From positions 1-55,931 of the IMG/VR virus record IMGVR_UViG_3300042305_001857: 55,931 nucleotides of DNA; one strand, written 5' to 3'. The notes beneath the pieces were generated by a model. The model searched no databases and was not told where the DNA came from. It worked only from the letters and a program-made list of their open reading frames with translations. A program made the translations under genes and the position numbers. Positions 27,810 through 36,748 of the stretch are shown piece by piece. This DNA comes from a virus (Duplodnaviria > Caudoviricetes). Positions within the stretch are counted from its first letter, which is position 1. Each line of letters starts with the position of its first letter.

Positions 27810-30258
27810 ATGACAAACACAAATGAGAAAGGAGGCATCAAGGAAAAGCTCGTTTCGAGTATCAAGTTCACTGGACTTCACTCACATTCGGGCTTTTCCT
27901 AATGGTGCCATTGGAGATGGCTTGGGCCTTCCTTCGCAACATCTTGATTTTGCTTACCAAAATGGTCTTGATGCTTTTGCTCTAACAGATCACGGAACAG
28001 GAGCAGGTATTTCTTATCTTGTTCTTCATGCCAAGAAAATGGCAAAAGAAGGCAAGAACATCAAAACCATTTATGGTTGTGAAATGTATTTCCATCCGGA
28101 TCTGGATCAGTGGAGAAAAGATAAGGAAAATATTGAGAAAACAACAAAAGCCAAGAAAGATGATGAAGAAATCAGCGGAGCCTTTGTTGAGGACGAAGAA
28201 GAAACAAAGAAAAGCAAGAAAAGTATTCTAAACAAGCGTTCGCATCTTGTTCTTCTGGCACAAAACCAACAGGGTCTAAACAACCTTTATAAACTCATTT
28301 CTATGAGCTACAACAACGAAAACTATTATCGCTTTCCTCGTATTGACTACAAAATGCTGAAACAATATAATGAAGGCATCATCGCAAGTTCCGCTTGTAT
28401 GGGTGGCGTTTTATCAACTGATTATTGGGAAAACCGTGAAGCAGGAACGGATGCTGTTCTAAATGCCATGCGAGGAACAACCAAGAAAATGGTTGATATC
28501 TTTGGTGATCGTTGGTATGGCGAACTTCAATGGAATGGCTTGCCCATTCAGCATGAAATCAATAAATATGTTGTTCAAGTATGCGAGGAGTTTGGTGTAA
28601 AACTTATCAGTACAGCAGATAGTCATTATCCTTCACCAGATGCTTGGAAAGATAGAGAGATCTATAAGCGTATTTCCTATATGTCTTCTGGAAGACAAAT
28701 AGATACAAACCTGCCAAACTCTATTGATGATATGGAATATGAGCTATATCCAAAAAATGGCGATCAAATGTGGGAGGCATATAAGAAATATTCAGCCAAG
28801 TGTGGTGTTCGCTATGATGATGAACTTGTTCTCAAGTCTATTGAGGAAACGTACCATATCGCTCATAATCGTATTGAAACATTTTATCCAGATAACCAAG
28901 TTCGTTTGCCAGACTTCCTTCTTCCAGAAGGAAAAACAGCGGAACAAACACTTGATGACCTTGCTGAAAATGCCCTTCGCGATATGAAAAAATGGAGCAA
29001 TAAAGAATATCACGATAGGCTTTTGCGAGAGTTGAAAGTTATCAAAGATCGTGGTTTCGCAAAATACTTTGTGACAATGAAGGCCATTTCTGATCGGGCA
29101 AACAAAAGTTATTTTACTGGTCCCGGTCGCGGTTCAGCAGCAGGTTCTCTTGTTGCTTATGTTCTTGGTATTACACAAGTTGATCCGATCAAGTATAAAC
29201 TGCAGTTTGAACGATTCTTGTCATCAACAGCAACAGACTATCCAGATATTGACTATGATGTAAGTGACGCGATGGGTCTAAAGCAAAACCTTATTGAAGA
29301 ATGGGGAGAAAACCGTGTTGTTCCAATTACAAACTGGAACACGCTACAACTTCGCTCTCTTATCAAAGATATTGGTAAGTTTTATGGTGTTGATTTCCAA
29401 GAAGTAAATGCTGTAACCAGTAAAATGTTGTTTGAAGCAACACCACAAGCGAAAGCAGAGCATGGTATTACTGCTGGTGTTTATACTCCAACTTTTGATG
29501 AGGTAATGAAATATTCAAAAACTCTACAAGACTTTTTGGATAAATACCCAAATATCAAAACCCATGTCAATCAACTTTATGGTTCAATCCGTTCAGCCAG
29601 CAGACATGCTGGTGGAATCGTTGTAGGTGAAAACCTTGACGAATGGATGCCACTAATCAATAGCAAGGGTGTTCGTCAAACTCCGTGGGCAGAAGGTCAA
29701 AATGTTCGTCATCTTGAGCCAATGGGTTTTATCAAGTTTGATGTTCTTGGTCTTGAAACTCTTTCTACAATGGAAAAGGCTGTATTTCATATTCTGCGAA
29801 GGCACAAGGGTGTAAAAAATCCAACATTTGAAGATGTAAAAAGTTTTTACAATCAACATCTACATCCAGATGTGCTGGATATGAATGATGGTGAAGTATA
29901 TAAAAATATATTCCACAATGGAAGTTTTCCAGGTATTTTTCAGTTTACAGAGTGTCTGGTTGGAGACACATCTGTGATGGTGCCTAGCAAGGGTTCTGCG
30001 ACGGAAACACAAAAATTTAAAAATTTAAGCGATTTTAGTGTTGGAGACAAGGTGATTTCTTATAATGAAAAAGAAGATATTTTTGAGGAAGATGAGGTTA
30101 TCGCCTTTCTAGCACAAGGAGAAAAAGAAACTTATGAGATTACTCTGGAAAATGGACGAACCATTCGCGCTACCGGAAACCATCTTTTTCTCACTAAAAA
30201 TAGAGGCTGGATTAAACTTGAAGAACTGAACGAAGATGACGACTTAGTGGATTACTGA
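27810..30258 (+). CDS. dnaE: DNA polymerase III alpha, N-terminal fragment plus N-intein; needs a +1 shift at about 27897-27902
   Basis: SD GAGGT + ATG 27810 gives ...FTGLHSHSGFS*. The +1 frame continues (NGA)IGDG, 'ALTDHG', 'TADSHY', 'GPGRGSAAGSL', 'PDIDYD', 'RHAGG', 'IKFDVLGL', 'GIFQFTE', then the intein. Confidence 0.92.
29953..30255 (+). mobile_element. Split intein N-fragment (101 aa) on DnaE-N
   Basis: Block A 'CLVGDTSV' and block B 'IRATGNHLFLT..GW' followed by a stop. Confidence 0.92.
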
Positions 30259-30272
30259 CTTACGAGTGTTTT

Positions 30273-30313
30273 TCATTTTACTGAACTATTTATAAATAGG
30301 AGATGTAAAATGA
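30273..30313 (+). promoter_or_regulatory. Hairpin sequestering the endonuclease start codon, with internal ACTATTTATA motif
   Basis: TCATTTTAC (30273-81) pairs with GTAAAATGA (30305-13). Confidence 0.6.
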
Positions 30314-31041
30314 CAAAAAAAACATACAAAAAAAAGAAATATCCGTATCGCTGTAAAGAGTGTTCGGTAGAATATTTTTCTACAAAAGCAAATGAAAAAA
30401 GAAAAATGAATCCATTTACTTGTTCATCTTGTTCAATCAAAAAACTCTGGTGTGATGCGGAATATAGAAAAAAACACGAAGAAACACTCAGGCTAGGCCA
30501 CAATACAGAAGAGGCAAAACTAAACCATAGTATGGCATCTTTGCGAAATTTCGAAAATGAAGATTTCAAGAAAGATGCACTTATTAGAATTAATACAATG
30601 GAAGCAAGAGAAAAGGCAAAAAATAGCCTCCTTGAAGTGTGGAGGGACGAGGAAAAAGCAAAAGAATTGCTTCGTAAAATGTATCGCACGAGAAACAGGA
30701 AGGTTGTTTGTAAAAAAGGCCAAATTGAAGTAAAATCTTCTTATGAAGAAAGAATGATACACCTGCTTGATGAATTGTGTTTGAGATGGGAGTATGAACC
30801 TAAAACATTCTCTCTTCCAGAGATGAAAAAGAACTACATACCAGACTTCTATATAGAGGAACTTGACATATATGTTGAAGTAAAGGGGTATTGGTATAAA
30901 GACGCGAAAGAAAAGTGGGATAGTTGGATAAAGACATATCCAGATATAAAGCGAATATTGGTAAATAAAGAAACTCTAACAAAATTAGAAAACGGAGAAA
31001 AACTTGAAAATTTTATCTATCAAGAAGACCGGCAAAACTGA
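30310..31041 (+). CDS. Free-standing homing endonuclease (PD-(D/E)xK type) between the DnaE intein halves
   Basis: N-terminal CxxC/CxxC. C-terminal 'SSYE', 'WEYEP', 'YIPDFY', 'YVEVKGYW'. Confidence 0.8.
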   Translation: MTKKTYKKKKYPYRCKECSVEYFSTKANEKRKMNPFTCSSCSIKKLWCDAEYRKKHEETLRLGHNTEEAKLNHSMASLRNFENEDFKKDALIRINTMEAREKAKNSLLEVWRDEEKAKELLRKMYRTRNRKVVCKKGQIEVKSSYEERMIHLLDELCLRWEYEPKTFSLPEMKKNYIPDFYIEELDIYVEVKGYWYKDAKEKWDSWIKTYPDIKRILVNKETLTKLENGEKLENFIYQEDRQN

Positions 31042-31108
31042 AATGGTTTATGATATTACTGTCAAGAAAAATCATAACTTTGTTGCCAATGGCGTAGTTG
31101 TCCACAAT
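31004..31108 (+). mobile_element. Split intein C-fragment on DnaE-C
   Basis: Blocks F/G ending His-Asn, with Cys+1 at 31109. Confidence 0.92.
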
Positions 31109-32425
31109 TGTGGTGCTCAAAGTTTTTGTCAGCGTGTAAAACCTAACAACATTGTAGATATTTCTTCTATCACTTCTATTTTCCGTCCCGGACCTCTGTC
31201 TGCTGGCGTAGATAAATCGTTTGCCGAAAGCAAGAACGATCCAGATAGTGTTATTTACGAACACGAACTTATCAAGGAGGCAACACAAGAAACATATGGC
31301 TACCTCGTCTTCCAGGAGCAGATTGCTCTACTCGCTCATAAACTTGGTCGTGATATTTCTCTTGATGAGGGCAACTCTCTGCGAAAAGTGCTAACAAAAA
31401 AAGGCACAGGAAAAGAAGCAGAGGTAAAAGATAAACTACACGAAAAGTTTATCAATGGTTGTATAGATAAAGGAATTGGAAAACAAGTTGGTGAAAAACT
31501 ATGGCAGAAGTTTATTTACTTCTCTGGATATGGTTTCAATAAAAGCCATGCTGTTTGCTATTCTATTATTTCTTATCAGTGTGCTTGGCTTTACAACTAT
31601 TATCCAAGTGAATGGCTTGCTGCCTATCTTGATAGTCAACCGGATACAAAGAAAGAAAAAGCAGTAAATATTGTAAAAGCAGCAGGATATAAAGTTCAAG
31701 GCGTTGATATCAACAAGTCCGGAAAAGTATGGGAAATCAGCGATGATGGACGCACACTTGTTCAACCACTGTCAGCAATCAAAGGTGTTGGAGATGCGGC
31801 AATAAAAGAAATATTGGATCATCGCCCATTCAAAACAGTTGAAGATTTTCTTTTTCATCCACGGATCAGTTACAGCAAACTCAATAAAAAGAATATTGAC
31901 GCTCTTTGTCGTAGTGAAGCACTTGTGAGTTTGATGGATGCTCGTTTTGCAGGTGGTAAACATTTTTGGTCCGCTATTGCTGTTGATCGTCCAAGAAAGC
32001 CAGAAAATCTAACAGAAAACATTAAAACATATGCTCCCGAAGGTGATTTCAGCAGAGATGAAAAGATTCTCAACACTTTGGAGTTGACAGGTGTGTATCC
32101 AATCAGTATGATAGTTTCTCCCGAAGTCCAGCAAAAACTGGAAGAAAAAATGATTCCACCACTTGGGTCATTTGATCCAGACCTTGGTGTCTGTTGGTTT
32201 ATTCCAAAAAGCATAGAAAAGAAAACAACAAAAAATGGAAAGAACTATTTGATTGTAGAAGCTATTGATGATACAAATATTGTTACAAAGATCAAATGCT
32301 GGGCTTTTGATCCAAAGAAAGATATTATACATGTCAATAGACCATATGTTTCTAAACTTGATTACCAAGAAGATTGGGGATTCAGCACAAGAAGTATTGG
32401 TAAAAACTTCAAACTTATCGGATGA
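31004..32425 (+). CDS. dnaE: C-intein (35 aa) plus DNA polymerase III alpha C-terminal fragment
   Basis: TTG start after GGAG; 'VYDITV..NHNFVANGVVVHN/C'; then 'RPGP', 'VFQEQI', 'YGFNKSHA..YS', 'IKGVG' and an OB fold. Confidence 0.92.
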   Translation: MKILSIKKTGKTEMVYDITVKKNHNFVANGVVVHNCGAQSFCQRVKPNNIVDISSITSIFRPGPLSAGVDKSFAESKNDPDSVIYEHELIKEATQETYGYLVFQEQIALLAHKLGRDISLDEGNSLRKVLTKKGTGKEAEVKDKLHEKFINGCIDKGIGKQVGEKLWQKFIYFSGYGFNKSHAVCYSIISYQCAWLYNYYPSEWLAAYLDSQPDTKKEKAVNIVKAAGYKVQGVDINKSGKVWEISDDGRTLVQPLSAIKGVGDAAIKEILDHRPFKTVEDFLFHPRISYSKLNKKNIDALCRSEALVSLMDARFAGGKHFWSAIAVDRPRKPENLTENIKTYAPEGDFSRDEKILNTLELTGVYPISMIVSPEVQQKLEEKMIPPLGSFDPDLGVCWFIPKSIEKKTTKNGKNYLIVEAIDDTNIVTKIKCWAFDPKKDIIHVNRPYVSKLDYQEDWGFSTRSIGKNFKLIG

Positions 32426-32607
32426 ATGCAAATGGACGAAAAACTAAAAGAAGAAATACTGGCATACATAAAAAATGTTGAGATTGCTATGAAAGCATAT
32501 GATTTTTCATTGCATTCAAAAGAATATATTGATATACAATCTCATCAAAATAATATCAATAAAATAAAACAACTAACAATCAAGATAAAAGAAAAGGTGG
32601 AAAAAGC

Positions 32608-32862
32608 GTGAACAAAGAAAACATGAAAAAAGAAATACTTGAACAGCAAAAAGAAGTTGTAAGTGAAAACTTTGTTGGGATTGATTATGATGCTGTCTTT
32701 CCAAGAACTACCGCAAAGTATACAATCGTAGAAACTGGAAACTTTGTTGGGATTGATTATGATGCTGTCTTTCCAAGAACTACTGTAAAATCTCTAATGA
32801 TAGAAAATGAAAAACTGTGTTATTTTGGTGATTTTGGCGCTTATGTGAAAGGTGAATGGTGA
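32608..32862 (+). CDS. Hypothetical protein with internal duplication
   Basis: NFVGIDYDAVFPRTT occurs twice. Confidence 0.6.
   Translation: MNKENMKKEILEQQKEVVSENFVGIDYDAVFPRTTAKYTIVETGNFVGIDYDAVFPRTTVKSLMIENEKLCYFGDFGAYVKGEW
32667..32783. repeat. Exact 45-nt direct repeat, 72-nt period
   Basis: AAACTTTGTTGGGATTGATTATGATGCTGTCTTTCCAAGAACTAC at 32667 and 32739. Confidence 0.9.
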
Positions 32863-32866
32863 TAAA

Positions 32867-33367
32867 ATGTTGTTTGAATATGCTATGCTACATGATAATG
32901 TATTTCCTCCACAACGGGCAAACCCAAGTGATGTAGGACTTGACTTGTTTTTCTCTCCTGATGTGCCAAAAGGAACACACGATGAACAAAAGAACATGCC
33001 AGCCGGTAGTGTTGTTATTATGCCAAATCAAAACATGAAACTGCGAACAGGTTTGAGTTTTGCTGTTCCACATGGTTTTTGTGCGGAAGTAAAAAACCGT
33101 AGTTCTGTATCGGCCAAAAAAGAACTACTTGTAGGCGGCGGAGTTGTTGATCCAGGATACAGCGGTGAAGTAATCGTTCTCCTACACAATATCGGTAGGA
33201 ACCCACAGATCATTCATCCCGGAGATAAAATAGCACAACTTGTTATTTATCCCGTAATGCATGTTCGTCCTGTGTGTGTTTCACAAGAGGAATTATACAA
33301 AGATGATATTGCCATCAGTGCTCGTGGTGCAGGTGGTTTTGGCAGCACAGATCAAGGAAAGAAGTGA
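32867..33367 (+). CDS. dut: dUTPase (trimeric)
   Basis: 'GLDL', 'NRSS', 'GVVDPGYSGE', 'KIAQLV', 'RGAGGFGST'. Confidence 0.95.
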   Translation: MLFEYAMLHDNVFPPQRANPSDVGLDLFFSPDVPKGTHDEQKNMPAGSVVIMPNQNMKLRTGLSFAVPHGFCAEVKNRSSVSAKKELLVGGGVVDPGYSGEVIVLLHNIGRNPQIIHPGDKIAQLVIYPVMHVRPVCVSQEELYKDDIAISARGAGGFGSTDQGKK

Positions 33368-33373
33368 ATAAAG

Positions 33374-33859
33374 ATGAACAAAAATCAACGTAGTGTGCTT
33401 TTCAGTAGTAAAAGCGATGAATGGTCGACTCCACAATGGCTGTTTGATAAACTAAACAAACAACATTCTTTTACTCTTGATCCGGCAAGTGATGGAGTAA
33501 ATAATAAATGTGCTAAACATTATACAACACAAACAAACGGTTTAGAGCAAAGTTGGCATGGAGAGTGTGTTTTCCTCAATCCACCATATTCAAAAACTTA
33601 TGACTGGGTAAAGAAAGCATATCATGAAGCATTTAGTGGAACAACAAGTATACTTCTCGTCCCGGCAAGAATGGACAGCAAATGGATCCATGAGTTTTGT
33701 TTTGATCCATTTGTGTGTAAAAGTATAACATTTATCCGTGGAAGATTGAAGTTTGGAGGAAGTAAAAATAGTGCTCCATTTCCATCAATGATAGTTGAGT
33801 TTGGTCCCCCGAATAAAACCCCAGTTCAACCACAGATGAAAAGCATGGCAAACAAATGA
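33374..33859 (+). CDS. Phage N6-adenine DNA methyltransferase (Dam family)
   Basis: 'DEWSTPQ', 'FTLDPAS', 'FLNPPYS', 'LVPAR.D', 'RGRLKF', 'APFPS'. Confidence 0.88.
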   Translation: MNKNQRSVLFSSKSDEWSTPQWLFDKLNKQHSFTLDPASDGVNNKCAKHYTTQTNGLEQSWHGECVFLNPPYSKTYDWVKKAYHEAFSGTTSILLVPARMDSKWIHEFCFDPFVCKSITFIRGRLKFGGSKNSAPFPSMIVEFGPPNKTPVQPQMKSMANK

Positions 33860-34131
33860 AACCAATAAAATCAGAAACAAAATCTCACAAAGATAAAGAA
33901 AAAGATCTCAAACAGAAACTGAATATGTTTGATCGCCTTCCAGATCATTGCTTGACTTGTAACTCTCCGTTTGATAGAAAGAACAGAGAACAAGTTCAGT
34001 CTTGGTTTGTTGTTGTAAAGAATGAAGAGCAAAAATGTAACTTGTATTGTCCAGAATGCTGGAACAAAGCAACAAAAGTTGTAGAAGAATATTATGGAGA
34101 AAAAAATGATACAAACAGCACTGACATTTGA
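33856..34131 (+). CDS. Conserved phage Zn-finger protein
   Basis: 'LPDHCLTC..PFD...LYCPECW'. Confidence 0.7.
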   Translation: MKPIKSETKSHKDKEKDLKQKLNMFDRLPDHCLTCNSPFDRKNREQVQSWFVVVKNEEQKCNLYCPECWNKATKVVEEYYGEKNDTNSTDI

Positions 34132-34939
34132 TGATGTTTTATTGATCCCCCGATTCAGCACTATTACAAGTAGAAGTGAAGTGGATCTAAGGTTGAACCT
34201 TGATCCGATAAGGCAACTATCACTTCCAGTTATTTCATCTCCAATGGATACTGTAACAGAAGTGGATATGGCTGTAACCATGTCTAAACACGGCGGTCTT
34301 GGTATTATTCACCGTTATAACTCGTTTGAACATCAAGCAAAACTTGTATGGGAAGCAAAAAACCAAGGTGCCAAATTTGTTGGTGCTGCTGTTGGTTCAA
34401 CTGGTGATTTTTATGAAAGAACCTGCGAACTTGTAAAGTGTGGTGTTGATATCATCTGTGTTGATGTTGCTCACGGTCATCATCAAAATGTAAAAGAAGC
34501 GATGGAAAAGATCAAAAATCATCCAAGTCATTATAAGTTTCATCTTATGGCTGGTAATGTTGCTACTGGCAAAGCATTTCAGGATTTGAGCGATTGGGGT
34601 GCCGATAGTATTCGTGTTGGTATTGGTGGAGGCTGTTTCGTCCCAGGAACTCTTGTAAATACTGAAAGTGGCTTGAAGAAAATAGAAGATATTTGCGTTG
34701 GAGACAAAGTTTTCAGCCATACAGGAAAACTACAACCAGTTATTGACACTCTTGTATTTGATAGGGATGAAGAAATACTTTCTATCAACGGTATTGACTG
34801 TACCAAGAACCACGAGTTTTATGTTGTTGATAAGGAAAATGCCAGTCTCATAAATGAGGATAATATTCATCTATTTGCCCGATGGATTCATGCAGAACAA
34901 CTTGATATGGAAAAACATCTTCTTATTGAGTTGGAGTAG
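34106..34939 (+). CDS. guaB: IMP dehydrogenase/GMP reductase N-terminal fragment plus N-intein
   Basis: 'LTFDDVLLIP', 'SSPMDTVTE', 'GGLGIIHR', 'VDVAHGH', 'AGNVAT', 'RVGIGGG/C'; no CBS domains. Confidence 0.9.
   Translation: MIQTALTFDDVLLIPRFSTITSRSEVDLRLNLDPIRQLSLPVISSPMDTVTEVDMAVTMSKHGGLGIIHRYNSFEHQAKLVWEAKNQGAKFVGAAVGSTGDFYERTCELVKCGVDIICVDVAHGHHQNVKEAMEKIKNHPSHYKFHLMAGNVATGKAFQDLSDWGADSIRVGIGGGCFVPGTLVNTESGLKKIEDICVGDKVFSHTGKLQPVIDTLVFDRDEEILSINGIDCTKNHEFYVVDKENASLINEDNIHLFARWIHAEQLDMEKHLLIELE
34634..34936 (+). mobile_element. Split intein N-fragment (101 aa), IMPDH-1-like
   Basis: 'CFVPGTLVNTE...CTKNHEFYV...KHLLIELE*'. Confidence 0.93.
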
Positions 34940-34955
34940 GTAGTAAATGTATGAG

Positions 34956-34980
34956 TGCCTCCTATATACATTAGGAGGCG
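34956..34980 (+). promoter_or_regulatory. Hairpin sequestering the AGGAGG SD of the endonuclease
   Basis: GCCTCCTA pairs with TAGGAGGC (34972-79). Confidence 0.65.
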
Positions 34981-34986
34981 CATTCT

Positions 34987-35802
34987 ATGAATAATGAAAA
35001 AGTATGTCCTATATGCAATATTTTATTTTTACAAAAGCACAAAGGACAAAAATATTGCAATAGACAGTGCTACAATAAAAGACTAAAAGGAGATGGAAAT
35101 CCTTTCGCTGGCAAAACACACAAACCAGAAACATTAGATAAAATAAGAGAAAAACTTATTGGAAAGATGGTTGGAGATAAAAATCCATTTTATGGTAAGC
35201 AACACGATAAAGAAACTGTTGATAAAATAAATAAAGCAAATGCCCTATTTCGTGAAAATAATAAAGAGTTAGTAGAAGAGCGTTTGCTCAAAAGATTGAA
35301 TCTAACAGAAGAAAAAATAAAACTGATATATGAAGATTATAGGGATACACACGAAACTCTTGCAACTTTGAAAAAAAAATATGAAGTTGATTCAAGAGTG
35401 CTAAAAAAGTATTTTATCAAATATGGTGCTTGCACCAAAGAAGAACTCGAAGAAGTTGCTTTTAGAAAAAAATATAAAAATGCTACAAGTGTTGGAGAAG
35501 AAACTTTATATACTTTACTGTGTAATCTTTTTGGTAGTGACAAGATAAAAAGACAATATAAAATATCATTTTATTACTTTGATTTTCTTGTTGACGACAA
35601 GTTCTTGATAGAGTATGATGGCTATTATTGGCACAATTTAGTAAAGAATAATGATGATGTGAAAACACAAACAGCGTTATCTAATGGATACAACTTGTAT
35701 CGTGTTCGTGAAGACGAAAAAAGAGAAGTAGATTTTCTAAAAGAAATACAAATAATAAAGGATATGTATGAAGTTCAAACTAAAAGAAATAACATCAATT
35801 GA
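34987..35802 (+). CDS. Free-standing homing endonuclease (NUMOD3 repeats plus Vsr/DUF559-like nuclease) between the IMPDH intein halves
   Basis: CxxC...CxxxC; 'NPFAGKTH..ET..KI' and 'NPFYGKQH..ET..KI'; 'SVGE', 'FDF...IEYDGYYWH'. Confidence 0.85.
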   Translation: MNNEKVCPICNILFLQKHKGQKYCNRQCYNKRLKGDGNPFAGKTHKPETLDKIREKLIGKMVGDKNPFYGKQHDKETVDKINKANALFRENNKELVEERLLKRLNLTEEKIKLIYEDYRDTHETLATLKKKYEVDSRVLKKYFIKYGACTKEELEEVAFRKKYKNATSVGEETLYTLLCNLFGSDKIKRQYKISFYYFDFLVDDKFLIEYDGYYWHNLVKNNDDVKTQTALSNGYNLYRVREDEKREVDFLKEIQIIKDMYEVQTKRNNIN

Positions 35803-35887
35803 AACAAAACATTATAAAGGACCCGTCCATGATCTGACTGTAAGTGAAGATCATTCATATAATGTTCGCGGAACCATAGTTCATAAC
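35768..35887 (+). mobile_element. Split intein C-fragment, IMPDH-1-like
   Basis: Ends His-Asn, with Ser+1 at 35888. Confidence 0.93.
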
Positions 35888-36397
35888 TCTATCTGTTCAA
35901 CACGACTACAAACAGGTTTTGGTGTCCCGAACCTTGCTGCCATATTTGATTGTGTTCAATCACAGGCATATAAAAGTGGAAAAACAAAACTTATTGTAGA
36001 TGGCGGTATCAAGAATAGCGGAGACATGGTAAAAGCATTTGCTGCTGGTGCTCACTTTGTTATGTGTGGTTCAATGCTTGCCGGCACAGACGAAAGTCCA
36101 GGAGAAACATTTGTTGATAGTAGTGGTGTAAAAATGAAGAACTATCGAGGCATGGCGAGCAAAGAAGCCCAGACAAACTGGCGTGGAAAAAGTTCAGCAC
36201 CAGAAGGTATTTCTACATTTATCAAGCACAAAGGTTCAGTTGAAAACATTTTAGAAGATATTCGTGGAAACATTCAAAGCGGCTTTTCATATGCCGGTGC
36301 CAGAAACTTCCAAGAACTATCAGGTAAAGTTCAATTTATTCAACAAACAAGTGCTGGTTTAGGAGAAAGTCAAACTCATATATTGAACAGGAAATGA
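35768..36397 (+). CDS. guaB: C-intein (40 aa) plus IMPDH/GMPR C-terminal fragment
   Basis: 'MKFKLKEITSIETKHYKG.VHDLTV..DHSYNVRGT.VHN/S', then 'SICSTR', 'DGGIKNSGD', 'MCGSMLAG..ESPG', 'YRGMAS', 'PEG'. Confidence 0.92.
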   Translation: MKFKLKEITSIETKHYKGPVHDLTVSEDHSYNVRGTIVHNSICSTRLQTGFGVPNLAAIFDCVQSQAYKSGKTKLIVDGGIKNSGDMVKAFAAGAHFVMCGSMLAGTDESPGETFVDSSGVKMKNYRGMASKEAQTNWRGKSSAPEGISTFIKHKGSVENILEDIRGNIQSGFSYAGARNFQELSGKVQFIQQTSAGLGESQTHILNRK

Positions 36398-36400
36398 TTT

Positions 36401-36748
36401 GTGAGTGAAGAACAAAAACCACCAAAAGGCGCTGTTCCTTGCAAACTTTGTTTTGACACAATAGACGGCGATTATGCTCGTCTTATGATAAAACTACGCC
36501 ATGAAGAACTCACTAAAAAAGAGTTCTTTATTGCTATTATCAAAGGCTTCTTGGAAGATGAACCAAACTTGAAAGAGTTTATAAAAGGTTATCGCAAGAG
36601 CAAAGGTTATGCGATGTGGAAAGAAGAAGTTCTTGACAAAGAGATAGAAGATGGTAAGTTAGAGATGCAGAAGTTTGGTCTTGATGATAGCGAGATTGAT
36701 GATCTGTATGATATTTTTGATCTCCCTGATGAAGAAGGTGGTTTATGA
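36401..36748 (+). CDS. Hypothetical protein
   Basis: 115-aa ORF between guaB-C and purA. Confidence 0.65.
   Translation: MSEEQKPPKGAVPCKLCFDTIDGDYARLMIKLRHEELTKKEFFIAIIKGFLEDEPNLKEFIKGYRKSKGYAMWKEEVLDKEIEDGKLEMQKFGLDDSEIDDLYDIFDLPDEEGGL

Noticed and set aside
27823-27900. ORF-track start of dnaE (MRKEASRK...)
   Set aside because: It lacks the PHP HxH motif, which is encoded in the frame starting at ATG 27810 with a proper SD.
30259-31003. Group I intron joining the intein halves
   Set aside because: Only about 50 nt of non-coding sequence flanks the nuclease ORF, too little for a ribozyme core, and the C-half has its own start. The same holds for IMPDH.
32667-32783. Mini-CRISPR array
   Set aside because: Only two copies, non-palindromic, in frame within an ORF, and no cas genes in the window.
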